IMG/VR virus record: IMGVR_UViG_3300045988_174371 | Span: 160,001 to 224,000 of that record | Length of the DNA stretch: 64,000 bases | Reading direction: 5' to 3' (one strand) | Source of the DNA: a virus | Shown: piece after piece, positions 27,001 through 35,702 of the stretch | Position numbering within the stretch: the stretch's first letter is position 1 | How the letters are laid out: each line of letters opens with the position of its first letter | Made by a program: the position numbers and the translations under genes | The notes under the pieces: generated by a model | Seen by the model: the letters and a program-made list of their open reading frames with translations, nothing else | What the model was told of the DNA's origin: nothing | Database searches by the model: none

Positions 27001-27542
27001 GCTTCAGGCTTATCGGCACATGCGTCAATTCGCAAGTAGTTCCACTCGCCGGTATATGCGGTGAACTGGTAGCCGCCAAGCCCGAACCTGTCAAAGAAAT
27101 TCAGCTTATTGCCTTTGTTGAACCCTGCGCCGTTGGTCGCGTCAGTGCCGCCAATGACAAGCTGTTGGTTATTCTTCTCAATATCGACACCTACAACCTT
27201 AAGCAACATGTTAGCGCCACTTTCAGGGTTGGAGCGCCCACTTGTAGCGGCTGATTTACTGTACGCCATGAATTGCAAGTCGTTGCTCTGGCTGTACTGA
27301 TAAAGGCGTGCGGGGAGGCTGTCTTTTCCGAAAGCATCGCACATCACCCATTTATTCACGTCGAGTGCGTGGGCGGGCTGAGCTTTCCCACTATTCACGC
27401 TGAACGCAGGGTACAAGCTGAATGCTAGGAGTGTTGCAGTTAGGAGAGCGATAAGGGCGCGCCACGCCCCCCTAACGCCTTTCCTGTTGGTGTTAGGGGG
27501 GTTCACTGCTGGTGTAGCTGTGAGTCTGGTTTTTGCGCGCAT
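24066..27542 (-). CDS. polytopic VirB6/TrbL-like membrane protein fused to an M23 peptidase and a C-terminal zinc ribbon
   Basis: 1158 aa. HKGIDFGAQCGAPIYAAGNGKV...GDTGHAYGCHLHFEV (M23), two TM clusters, CSNCK...CQRCK. Shares CTFTKLFVFDPWVQGQFG and NNWAIYQL modules with 27563-31585. Confidence 0.8.
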   Translation of the reverse strand: MRAKTRLTATPAVNPPNTNRKGVRGAWRALIALLTATLLAFSLYPAFSVNSGKAQPAHALDVNKWVMCDAFGKDSLPARLYQYSQSNDLQFMAYSKSAATSGRSNPESGANMLLKVVGVDIEKNNQQLVIGGTDATNGAGFNKGNKLNFFDRFGLGGYQFTAYTGEWNYLRIDACADKPEAKDPKANHYYETRLDPTATWDRASSSLDPRTQIYANGQGVRYASAAGTYIGNILLGATTWVLGFFLALLVLSFKDIAKLMGLTNILVGNNPDALGGILRFLQDNFLIPLASLIVLGGLLFLVKGIVTGDQAREKWKRFSIALFTGLFAVSFIALSPKLLPLPNRAAAWIQSITIKATTEELTSMGEWCSTEVGNKKSTYKATKEDGKDPVKVIGDEVAQVVSENYSEIVASQLSCTFTKLFVFDPWVQGQFGTNPNNLWAEGKDIPEWAKDGKKLGNSNGKWVGDASVPMGAETTLNNWAIYQLSTQTTNHLQTGNETAGKSREAQGVSTDWWRVVDALSNYNEKDVEIKVPQARDLPSNVSNGEWARPAEAAMTSPYGNRPELGDVHKGIDFGAQCGAPIYAAGNGKVVFAQKASDGANGIIIQHDGVSTMYWHMQDGSLRVKVGDEVKAGQEIASSGDTGHAYGCHLHFEVRPGTDWGNQDNVTDPQAWLKERNIDVTKEKDGLSPHAAAVSTGNSSSAVEITRGAQDMNSKPLESWNTWVGASSGARIGVGLSSLIVALIALTVPGILALLTAILSVVLQLYILIVPFAAIALMTSTHQGISFAKKYGKMALYLYFARIALGLLLTLSVVFVLWGYKIMASSGFWWGVVVLALLSFALWKMKNRVLALAETYAGGLVSKPVGVLNRIGLATKRVTGIGTASVVSGVTAKRAGGSFLKAASSAAADKKRDIANESKFGRFTTRASNKANEFAPSRLLKPQGHTPTADEPDLLVCSNCKRTYKHGEINMFVDSLTNRMYCQRCKSDGLVPDSELLKPIKNKADEKKAKPRMKPIKDTYLTMALAQPELQRENVKSEADALTAYKALTTAAADSMARHHRSALDERQQSVIVYELPEAFKPYFNVDAFNVARDSDNFEKMHRHWGLAIHKYIENELGYKINRTPEETLNDIVRTSDGYSPWWKLDPNAKRGNDDEQSK

Positions 27543-27562
27543 TAGGTTGCTGTCCTTCTTCT

Positions 27563-30500
27563 TTACCTATGCATCTTATAGCTGATAAGCTTCTCCACCA
27601 TTTCGAGAAGAAGCTTGTGCTCTTCGGGCGCGTGGCTGGTGTTGTGGTTGGTCAGCCATTTCCTGATGAGTTCAAGCTCTTCAAGTGAGCGTTCGTTGAG
27701 CTGTTCCTCAGTGAGGGTAAGGGCGTTCTTCACCTCGTCCGGGATGTCGTTGAGGGTTCCGCCGTTCATTGCTTCCATTGTGCGTTCCGCTTGCATGTTG
27801 CGGAAGAATCGCTCTTGGAACCTGTTGGCGGCTTGAGCCCCCACCGACTTTGCGGCGTACTTGAGGGTGTTTTCCTTGCCTGTTACCTTATGGATTGCCC
27901 GCTCTTCTGGTGTGAATCGAACGTCATTCTGCACGTCGAAGCGTTCGGACTTTGGGATAGCTTTCTGGTTGGATTGCTTCTCCACGGTTTCCTGTACCAT
28001 GCTGTGTGCGGCTTCGGCTGAACGTTTACGCTCTTCAAGGGCGGCTTGGACGTTCGCGGCATGAGCTTCACCTTCAGGTGCTTCCCATTTGCCGCCGAGC
28101 TGTTCGACATAGTTTTTCTGTGCTTCGTAGCGTTCCTGCACGGTCGCTTCGGCATGTGCACGTTCCTTTGCTTTAGCTTCCTGTAGGGCGGTGACAGTCT
28201 TCTTAGCGCTACGGATGTCCTTGGGGCTTCGGAGCCTATCGATGCTTGTGTCGGTTGCCTTAACGCCGTGTTCTGCGGCGTTAATTTCGTTGAGGTTGCG
28301 TGCGATGTCCTTTGCTTCGTTGAACCCTTCCATGTCCTGTACGCTCTTACGGGCTGTTTCCAGACCTGTTGCATGGGCTGTAAGTACAGTTCGTACAGCA
28401 CCCTTGCGGTTGTGCGGGTTGAACTGAGGTAGCTCAGTGGCGGACTTTGCCGCTGTGATGAAGCCGCCACGCAAACCGTTCTCAGCATAGCCGGTTGCAA
28501 AGCCACGCTTTGCCTTGCTAGGTGCCATCTCCACGAAACGGACGACGCTCTTGCCAACCTTGGTCTTAGACAGGATAGCCTTACTGTCGGTCATGTTCAT
28601 CGTTCCGGCGATGCCGTGACCTGCCATGATGCGCTTCATAATCTTACGAGCACCCAAGAGTATAAGGAGCGACATGAGCGCCTGAGCGATAAACACGTAG
28701 ATGTACTCGCTCACCGAACTTGTGAGGTTGATGAGTAGCACAGACATGAGGCATAGCAGGAAGGTCAGAATTGCAGACTGAGCGTACAGACCAAGGATGT
28801 TGGTCACGTACTTGAGGGTTGCAGTCTTAGTCTTCTTACCGAGAAGCGCCATTAGCAGGATGAATGGCAATATGACGAGCATCAGTAGCAGGATTGCTTT
28901 GATGATTGCCTTGTATATTGCGAAGTACCCTACCGTGATGCCGGTGATGCCAGCGGCTATAGGGGCGAGTGCCCCTACTGATGCGCGAGACATGGGTTCG
29001 CGCCCTGCCCAGTATTTGAGGTAGCGGGAGTCTGTGCCAGCACCGTTGTCAATTCCTGCTTGAACATCTACTATTCGGTACATGTCACGGCTGGTAATTC
29101 CAGCAGGGCGGTTGGGGTTATCTGCGGTGGTGGTGCCAGTACTCATGAGGTCTAGCTGATAGAGCGCCCAGTTGTTCACCGTGATACCTGCGCCCATCTG
29201 TACGGGTGCGCGGCTCACCTGTGCACTGTTGGTGTTGGTGAGGGTGTGCGCTGTTACAGGGCGCTTAGCGTCTACAGCGTACAAGTTGTTGTATCCGGTT
29301 CCCCATTGTGCGTAGCTCCACGGGGTGAGGACGTTCATGCGCCATACCTCGCACATTAGGGTTCGGGTTGCCGGGTCTGCGTCGGTTCGCTTAGCGGCGT
29401 ATTTGATGACTCCTGTGTTGCCGGTGGCGCTACAGATTTCGTCCCCTAGCGTGTTGGTTACTAGCGCGTCAGCGATAGCGCTGTCGAGTACGTTCACGCT
29501 CCTGTCCACGAATTTAATGGTTTCGTGGGGCTTGTTGAGCATGAGCGTGGCAGTGGTGGAGATAGCTAGGATACCTACGATGAATACGGCGATTGAGCGG
29601 ATGCCGCGCTTGCCGGTCGTGATAGTTTCGCGCGTCAGCAGTAGAACGCCTACGAATGCTACAGTGATGGCAAACGGGTAGAAAGCATTATTAGTGAATA
29701 GGGTGATGAGGTCGGCAATGAGGTTGTCTATACCGAAGGTCTGTAGAATCGGTGACATGCCGATGTTGAGGGCGGCGTTGGCGAAGCGAGTGATTCCAGA
29801 TGCGGACAGGATGCCTGCATTGGCGAAATCGGTAAATACGCCGTCTGAGCTGAACAGCATAGATGCCATGTTGGATTCGTATAGCTCACGGCGGGTATCG
29901 TTCATGATGCCGTCGCCCGTGCCGTAGATGCCGCCCTTGATGGGTGCGCGGGTGTGGGCGCAGTCGGAGTTGTATTTGCCGTCTGCGTTGAACAGCTTCA
30001 TGGGCTTGCCGTTGCCGTCCAGCTTATCGGTGCCGTCTGCGTTAAGGCAGTAGTACTGGTTGGTGGGGCTGTTGAAGTTTGCGGCAATGTTCTTCCTGAG
30101 GAAGTCTTGGAAGAACCCTGGCTGGTTTAGCTGTTCTGCGAGTTTCTTCCCTGCTTCACCTTCCTTATCCTTGGTGTACTTCTGTACGGCGGTGGTGTAG
30201 GCGTTAGGGACGCAGGAGTAGAAAGCGCTGATGGTTTCATCGCGCTTAGCTTCGTCTTCGTCTACGTTACAGGTGAGGTTGTACTTTTGGGCGGATTCGA
30301 ACCATCCCTTGTTGTGTTCCTTCCAGTCTTTGATGGTCTCAGCTTGCTTGTCGGTTGCGTCCCATTGGTAGTCGGGGTGCTCCATGTTGGCGGTCTTTGC
30401 CGCTTCAGAACATGCGTTTTCGTCAGCAAGCTTAGAGATGGTGTTCTTTGAGCCGTCGGGGTTGGTGACGATACAGGTAGTGCCGCCAGCTACAGGTTGT

Positions 30501-31585
30501 GTTGGCGGGGTTTGGAGCTTCTTCAGGTCGTCAGGGAGGCGTACTTCCTCGGGGGTTTTGCCAGCGATTGCCGCCGCGAGGGTGTTGATGATTTCCTGTT
30601 CCATTTCCGCGTTGGTTGCGGCGCGGGCGTTGTACAGGGTGTTGTCGAAGCCTACGCGAGTGTACCCGCGTGTAGCCATGACGTTAGCGTCTGAGGTGTC
30701 TAGGATGGTCTCGATGGCGGCGGCGGCTGACGATTGGGTGCTGGCTGTGAATGCGGCGGCGATTGAACCTAGCGGGTTGCCTTTAGCCCATTCTGCTTTG
30801 AAGGCGGCTACAGCACCACTAGCGCCCTCGGTGATGCCGTTAAAGATTGCTGATACGCCTAGTGCAAGGGTTTGTGATGCGCCGAAGTTAGTCATTAGGC
30901 GCGCTTGGGTTTGAACCTGAATGTGGTCGAACTCGCCATTGTAGTAGGTTACTCTGAGGTTGTAGCCGTAAAGCTCCATTGCCGTGTACTTTTCGACTCG
31001 GGCGCTGGCGGTTGCGGGCACGTTTTTAACCCCGGTGGGAAGTCCCAGCCAGGGCATATCGAGCTTATTGGACTGTGCGCCGCCGCCCTGGATACCTCCT
31101 GGAGCTACGGCGCTGTATAGGTTCTGTCCAAGGTCAGCAATGTAGTTAGGCACGTCACAGTTGTGGTACGTTAGCAACCCTCGGTTGGGGTCATTCACAT
31201 CGCATGACCATTTCTTGTTGTCATGGTAGTAGCCGTCGGTGCTGGACTTTGGGTGTTCGTAGATGTAGCCAGGAGTTAGCACGCGGGTGAGGACTTTTGC
31301 GAAGGGGGTCTTTGAGCCATCTTTCTTCGCTTTGTCTAGGGTCTGGGTGAAACCTTTGTCGCCGGTTTCAGTTACGCCTAGTTCCTTTTGTGCTTTCTGG
31401 AGCTTTTCGATGGTCTTCTTGTCACCATCGTCTGCGAAAGCTAGGTTTACGCCAGTGGGGATGAAGCTGGAAACAATAATGAGGGCAAGCATGATGGAAG
31501 CAACGAGCCTCAGAAGGAGGTTATCGTTGCTTTTAGCTCGGCTTATTGAAGGGGTTTCACCCCATGTGGTGTATGTACGTGCCAT
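27563..31585 (-). CDS. giant polytopic VirB6/TrbL-like T4SS membrane protein (paralog 2)
   Basis: 1340 aa. N-terminal TM, ~600-aa exo-domain, TM clusters, coiled-coil tail. MCEVWRMNVLTPWSYAQWG and NNWALYQL modules. Confidence 0.55.
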   Translation of the reverse strand: MARTYTTWGETPSISRAKSNDNLLLRLVASIMLALIIVSSFIPTGVNLAFADDGDKKTIEKLQKAQKELGVTETGDKGFTQTLDKAKKDGSKTPFAKVLTRVLTPGYIYEHPKSSTDGYYHDNKKWSCDVNDPNRGLLTYHNCDVPNYIADLGQNLYSAVAPGGIQGGGAQSNKLDMPWLGLPTGVKNVPATASARVEKYTAMELYGYNLRVTYYNGEFDHIQVQTQARLMTNFGASQTLALGVSAIFNGITEGASGAVAAFKAEWAKGNPLGSIAAAFTASTQSSAAAAIETILDTSDANVMATRGYTRVGFDNTLYNARAATNAEMEQEIINTLAAAIAGKTPEEVRLPDDLKKLQTPPTQPVAGGTTCIVTNPDGSKNTISKLADENACSEAAKTANMEHPDYQWDATDKQAETIKDWKEHNKGWFESAQKYNLTCNVDEDEAKRDETISAFYSCVPNAYTTAVQKYTKDKEGEAGKKLAEQLNQPGFFQDFLRKNIAANFNSPTNQYYCLNADGTDKLDGNGKPMKLFNADGKYNSDCAHTRAPIKGGIYGTGDGIMNDTRRELYESNMASMLFSSDGVFTDFANAGILSASGITRFANAALNIGMSPILQTFGIDNLIADLITLFTNNAFYPFAITVAFVGVLLLTRETITTGKRGIRSIAVFIVGILAISTTATLMLNKPHETIKFVDRSVNVLDSAIADALVTNTLGDEICSATGNTGVIKYAAKRTDADPATRTLMCEVWRMNVLTPWSYAQWGTGYNNLYAVDAKRPVTAHTLTNTNSAQVSRAPVQMGAGITVNNWALYQLDLMSTGTTTADNPNRPAGITSRDMYRIVDVQAGIDNGAGTDSRYLKYWAGREPMSRASVGALAPIAAGITGITVGYFAIYKAIIKAILLLMLVILPFILLMALLGKKTKTATLKYVTNILGLYAQSAILTFLLCLMSVLLINLTSSVSEYIYVFIAQALMSLLILLGARKIMKRIMAGHGIAGTMNMTDSKAILSKTKVGKSVVRFVEMAPSKAKRGFATGYAENGLRGGFITAAKSATELPQFNPHNRKGAVRTVLTAHATGLETARKSVQDMEGFNEAKDIARNLNEINAAEHGVKATDTSIDRLRSPKDIRSAKKTVTALQEAKAKERAHAEATVQERYEAQKNYVEQLGGKWEAPEGEAHAANVQAALEERKRSAEAAHSMVQETVEKQSNQKAIPKSERFDVQNDVRFTPEERAIHKVTGKENTLKYAAKSVGAQAANRFQERFFRNMQAERTMEAMNGGTLNDIPDEVKNALTLTEEQLNERSLEELELIRKWLTNHNTSHAPEEHKLLLEMVEKLISYKMHR

Positions 31586-31628
31586 TGGCGTACCTGTTCA
31601 TTTCTCAGAGTATTTTTCAGCTGGATTG

Positions 31629-31677
31629 TATATAGCAGAAAAGCGGCGTGCCATTGAGACACGCCGCTTTTCTGCTA
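31629..31677 (-). promoter_or_regulatory. terminator hairpin fused to extended -10-like motif
   Basis: 18-bp perfect stem TAGCAGAAAAGCGGCGTG / CACGCCGCTTTTCTGCTA (31633-31650, 31660-31677). Minus strand continues TTTTCTGCTATATACAAT, ~45 nt before ATG 31585. Confidence 0.55.
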
Positions 31678-31727
31678 GGAGAACCGGGCGATTAAGCCTG
31701 CCCTACCCACCAAAGGGGGAACTAACC
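31633..31727 (-). ncRNA. candidate ~95-nt transcript between tandem promoter-like motifs
   Basis: The TCTGCTATATA motif at 31734-31744 points into the terminator at 31677-31633. No ORF in between. Confidence 0.2.
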
Positions 31728-31733
31728 ACTTAC

Positions 31734-31744
31734 TATATAGCAGA
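31734..31744 (-). promoter_or_regulatory. extended -10-like motif TCTGCTATATA
   Basis: Lies in the loop of the short inverted repeat CTAACC...GGTTAG, just after the stop at 31764. Confidence 0.35.
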
Positions 31745-31763
31745 GGTTAGACGCATCTGCCGG

Positions 31764-32399
31764 TTAGCGGCTATTGAGCTTCTGTTCTGCTTGGCGACGG
31801 ATAAGCTCTTTCGGTGGCACTGGCGCGCCTGTCTTAAGGTCGTTGAGAGCTTCAGCATAGGTTCGTGCGTTACGGCGATGGGGAACCCCGGCGGCACGCT
31901 CTTCGTCGTACCGCTTGTAGTCCCAGCCTGGAGTTTTGCGGATATGGGACCCATGCTCAAAAAGCTGTACGTACCAGTTTCTTGGGGTGATTGGTAGGTC
32001 TGGTCGTTCTTCGGCAAGTCGCATGAGCCCAAGGAGCCATGCCTTGACCTTGGTGGTGAGTCGTTTATTCCCTCCGGTATTTGGGTAGAGGTCTACCATT
32101 CCCATAAGGTCTACGCTTATGCCGTTGCCTACTAGCGAGGTTGCGACGTTCCTGTAGGCGCTAATGGCATTGATTGCGTCTTCTTTGCTGACCCCGGCGA
32201 CGCGGCGCGCTTCATTTGCGGCGACATCCATTAAGTCGTCATGCTTGATGCGGTAGTATTCGCCGCGCTGTTTCGTGTTCATCTTGTAGATGCGCAGAGG
32301 AAGTTCCATCTCTTCGGGCTCGGGCTCCCATCTGTGCTGGTTGTTTAGGAGCGCGTTCTCTACGATGGTATACCCGTAGGGGTTTCGTTTGCGTGGCAT
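31764..32399 (-). CDS. hypothetical protein
   Basis: 211-aa ORF. No motif recognised. Confidence 0.5.
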   Translation of the reverse strand: MPRKRNPYGYTIVENALLNNQHRWEPEPEEMELPLRIYKMNTKQRGEYYRIKHDDLMDVAANEARRVAGVSKEDAINAISAYRNVATSLVGNGISVDLMGMVDLYPNTGGNKRLTTKVKAWLLGLMRLAEERPDLPITPRNWYVQLFEHGSHIRKTPGWDYKRYDEERAAGVPHRRNARTYAEALNDLKTGAPVPPKELIRRQAEQKLNSR

Positions 32400-32420
32400 A
32401 ATAGGTTTCCTGTCCGTCGG

Positions 32421-33014
32421 CTAGTGGTGCTGGTCAAGTATCTTGTAGGAGGTGATTCCGTACTTGATGGCGCAGTCGATAGCGTCTATGACCCTGTTTT
32501 CGATGAATTGCTCTACTTCTTCGGCGGGGGTTACGAGTTTCTTCCCGCGTTCCGGCTTGTCCTTGGTCAGGTTGAGAGTGTTATGGTTCCAGTGAATCCA
32601 TTGCCCCTTGGTAAGTTTCTGCCACTGCTTGATGGTTGGGACGATGTATTTCGTTCCGTCGTGTTCGTAGGTGGGCTCTTCTAGACCTGGGAGGGATAGC
32701 GGGGCGGGTTGCCCGCTGGTATCTTGCTTCCCTACTGGGGATTCTGTTGCGAACCGGACATGGACGTTTTTGGAGTTGGCGGTAAGGTTAGGGTCATTAC
32801 TGTAGATGCGCAGAGCTTCAAGAGCTTGCGCTTGCGCGTCTTTCTTAAGTTTCTTCATTCGAAGGATTTGTTCGTGCTGTGGGTCGTCACTCTTAGCACT
32901 TGGGGGCAAGAGGTTGTAGATGCTTTCCTTGTGGTGCGCGAAAAGTCGGTCAAAGGTTGCCTCTAGGGTGTCTTTGATGGGGGTAATGCGGAGCGTTAGC
33001 GTGGTGGTAGTCAT
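32421..33014 (-). CDS. hypothetical protein
   Basis: 197-aa ORF with ATG at 33014. No motif recognised. Confidence 0.5.
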   Translation of the reverse strand: MTTTTLTLRITPIKDTLEATFDRLFAHHKESIYNLLPPSAKSDDPQHEQILRMKKLKKDAQAQALEALRIYSNDPNLTANSKNVHVRFATESPVGKQDTSGQPAPLSLPGLEEPTYEHDGTKYIVPTIKQWQKLTKGQWIHWNHNTLNLTKDKPERGKKLVTPAEEVEQFIENRVIDAIDCAIKYGITSYKILDQHH

Positions 33015-33116
33015 GCCTGCCTTGTGCCTTATCTTTTGTGTGGGGCTAGTATTGCTGTAACAGGTACATTCTAATGTGTCGCAGGTTATAGTTCAAGGCG
33101 GTTTGGGCATAGTTTA

Positions 33117-33148
33117 GGGGACGCGCAAGAATTTTCTTGCGCGTCCCC
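33117..33148. other. GC-rich hairpin in a long leader/intergenic region
   Basis: GGGGACGCGCAAG AATTTT CTTGCGCGTCCCC, 13-bp stem. No U-run on either strand. Confidence 0.5.
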
Positions 33149-33332
33149 TAAGGTGCAGTTTCGGATGACCTGCTTTTCAGCTTTGCTGTGTGCTCTTAGT
33201 GCTTAGCGGGTTGTTGCATTGATGCTATTTCTATTCCCCAGGTACGAGCTTGTCGTTCTTGCGGGGCTTGGTTGGCAACTTTCCCGTTTGTATCTGATGA
33301 GCCGCTTTGTAGGTTTCATCCTGTATGCATTT

Positions 33333-33343
33333 ATTATAGCAGA
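33333..33343 (-). promoter_or_regulatory. extended -10 TCTGCTATAAT
   Basis: Perfect TGnTATAAT on the minus strand, 4 nt after the SbcC-like stop and ~320 nt upstream of the next start (33014). Confidence 0.4.
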
Positions 33344-33346
33344 GTG

Positions 33347-35617
33347 TTAGCCAAGTTCCACTCGGTAGTCTGCTACAGCGTCCACCGTGTCGTTGTGCGC
33401 GATGATAAGAATCTGTTGCGCGTTCATGATGCTACGGATGGTTTTAATGGTGGCATCCATGTTCCTTGGGTCGTATGCGGTGAATGCTTCGTCCAGGATT
33501 AGGGTGCTGGTTGTTCCGCCGAACACCTTTGCGATTCCCAAGCCGATTGCCAGCGATACTGCGGACAGCTCGCCGCCGGAGAGTAGTTGAACTTCGCGAG
33601 TCTTGCCGTTGGCAAAGTGTGCGAGGATTTTAAACTCTTCGGTTATGGTGATACCGATAATTGTTCCGTTGGTGAAGCCAGCGATGAGCTCGGATGCGAA
33701 CTGGGTTAGTCGCGGGATGGCGGTGGCGGTGACTGCTTTGCGGAACTCTTTGAGGGTAGCCTCGGCATAGTGGATGCTTTCCTTCTCTAGGAGGAGGGAA
33801 GCATATGCTACTGCGTCTTCCTCTTCTTGCTTGAGCTGGGTTGCTAGTCTTGCATGTTCAGTTGCAACACGGGTATGTTCCGTGTTGGTATTCTGACCGT
33901 TAGAGGTGTTTTCGGCTATCTTCTTGTCCAGGGTGGCGAGTTGTTCCTTGGCGTTGGCTAGGGCGTGCTCGGTGACGTTTGGGGTGTTTGTAATGGTTTC
34001 CTTGAGGGAGTTCATCTTGTCGTTGAGCGAGGCGATGGAGTTCAACATCTGTTGTTTCACCTGGTTCTGGTTGCCCAGTTCGCGGGTGAGGTTTTCAATT
34101 TCCTTAGCGTCATTGTAGACGTTAAGGGCTGAGTTGTATTCTTCCTCCGCCTTGGCATAGTTCCGCTTAGCCTTGGTGAGTTGCCTCTTTGTGGTTTTAA
34201 GGCTCTCGGTTGCCTCCTTTTCTGCTTGGTAGGCATCTAGAATGTCTAGCGCTTGTGCGATGGAGCCGGTTAGCGCGGTTAGACTCTCTTGTGCAACTTC
34301 GCGGGCTTCCAGCTTTTCCGCCAGCTCATCCTTTAGGGAGGCTATAGTCTCAGCCAGCGGCTTGAGAACTGCTTCCTTGTTCTTGATGATTTGCTGGCAG
34401 GTGGGGCAGGTTCCACTGAGATTAGCTATTTCATTGTAGCTACGCTCAGCTTCAGGTAGTTTAGCCTGCTGGATGATGCTAATACGCTCATTGAGGGAGT
34501 GGACTGCGCTTTTGAGCTGTACTTCCTGCTCGGATTGCTCCCTGTGGGCATCCTGCGCCTCCTCCGCACTCTTATACGGGTTATTCTCAGTGAGAGTGTT
34601 TTTCGCACGGTTGAGCTTGTCCTCCAGGGAGGCTATGGCACTCTCTAGAGTGGTTTGATTCACACGGGCATCTTGTAGTGCTTCAAGCTTCTGCTGGTAT
34701 GCGGCTTCTACAAGCTGGTAATCTAACGCTACACCCTTACCGCCTGTGATACGCAGTTCCAGCTCCTCAGCGGCTTTCTGAGCCTGCTTGAGGCGTTCCT
34801 TGGCTTCGTTGCGGCGCTCCTCTACATTGGCGAGGTTCGACTTGGCGGTAGTTAGGGTCATGTAGTTCTGTTGAAGCTCAGAAACCTTAGCAGTAAGAGC
34901 TGTCCTTTGAGCCATTAGGCTCCTATACATCTCCCGCTGAGCGGTTAGGGACTCAAACAGCTTCAACTCTCGCTCCGCAAGGTCGGCTACGATTTTCCTG
35001 TGCGCGTCAAGACCTGCCCTGTCCACAGTTTTGCTGTCAAGCTCACGCTTGTTAATGCGACGGTGGATGCCACATTCTTCTAGCGCTTGAGAGTTAGCGG
35101 TAATGCCTGTGAGCTGTTCGATGATGTCGCGTCGAACTTCCGGCTTGGAATTGATGAATCTATCCGTTTCTTTCTGACGGAAGAAGACGGTGTTCATAAA
35201 GATGCTTTCGCCTACACCGAGGGTGCGGATGATTGCCTTGGTACCGTCACCTACGGAAGGTCCTGCAATATGGTGAGTGGAACCGTTATCTTCAATCTTC
35301 TCTAGGGTGACCTGCGTAGTACCCCTATAGTTCATAGTTCGGGTGGCAGTGTATGTTTCGCCGTCTACTTTGTAGGTTACTTTGACGGAGGTGGGCTCAT
35401 TTTTCGGGGTACCTTCTCTTCGAAGGTCGAGGTTACGGGTGATGTCTGCTGGGCGGGTTCCGTATAGAGCCCAAGGTACAGCATTGACGATAGTTGATTT
35501 CCCTGCGCCGTTGCCGCCGGTAATATGAGTGATACCGCTTTCCGGGAACGTTTCCGTGAAGTATTTGTGACTACGGAGGTTATGGATTTCTATCGTCTTA
35601 ATGGTTAGTGAAGTCAA
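33347..35617 (-). CDS. SbcC/Rad50-like SMC-family ATPase (orphan, no SbcD partner seen)
   Basis: 756 aa, TTG start. ITGGNGAGKST, long coiled coil with central CPTCQQ hook-like motif, LSGGELSAVSLAIGLG, LILDEAFTAYD. Confidence 0.8.
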   Translation of the reverse strand: MTSLTIKTIEIHNLRSHKYFTETFPESGITHITGGNGAGKSTIVNAVPWALYGTRPADITRNLDLRREGTPKNEPTSVKVTYKVDGETYTATRTMNYRGTTQVTLEKIEDNGSTHHIAGPSVGDGTKAIIRTLGVGESIFMNTVFFRQKETDRFINSKPEVRRDIIEQLTGITANSQALEECGIHRRINKRELDSKTVDRAGLDAHRKIVADLAERELKLFESLTAQREMYRSLMAQRTALTAKVSELQQNYMTLTTAKSNLANVEERRNEAKERLKQAQKAAEELELRITGGKGVALDYQLVEAAYQQKLEALQDARVNQTTLESAIASLEDKLNRAKNTLTENNPYKSAEEAQDAHREQSEQEVQLKSAVHSLNERISIIQQAKLPEAERSYNEIANLSGTCPTCQQIIKNKEAVLKPLAETIASLKDELAEKLEAREVAQESLTALTGSIAQALDILDAYQAEKEATESLKTTKRQLTKAKRNYAKAEEEYNSALNVYNDAKEIENLTRELGNQNQVKQQMLNSIASLNDKMNSLKETITNTPNVTEHALANAKEQLATLDKKIAENTSNGQNTNTEHTRVATEHARLATQLKQEEEDAVAYASLLLEKESIHYAEATLKEFRKAVTATAIPRLTQFASELIAGFTNGTIIGITITEEFKILAHFANGKTREVQLLSGGELSAVSLAIGLGIAKVFGGTTSTLILDEAFTAYDPRNMDATIKTIRSIMNAQQILIIAHNDTVDAVADYRVELG

Positions 35618-35640
35618 GTGACGCTCCTATTAGCTGTTTC

Positions 35641-35695
35641 GGGTATAAGAAACCCCCTATGCGCTTTCCATTGTATCGCATAGGGGGTTTCTTAT
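35641..35695 (-). promoter_or_regulatory. terminator hairpin plus weak -10-like TTTCTTATAC
   Basis: 19-bp perfect stem ATAAGAAACCCCCTATGCG / CGCATAGGGGGTTTCTTAT (35645-35663, 35677-35695). Confidence 0.45.
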
Positions 35696-35702
35696 GGTAG
35701 CT

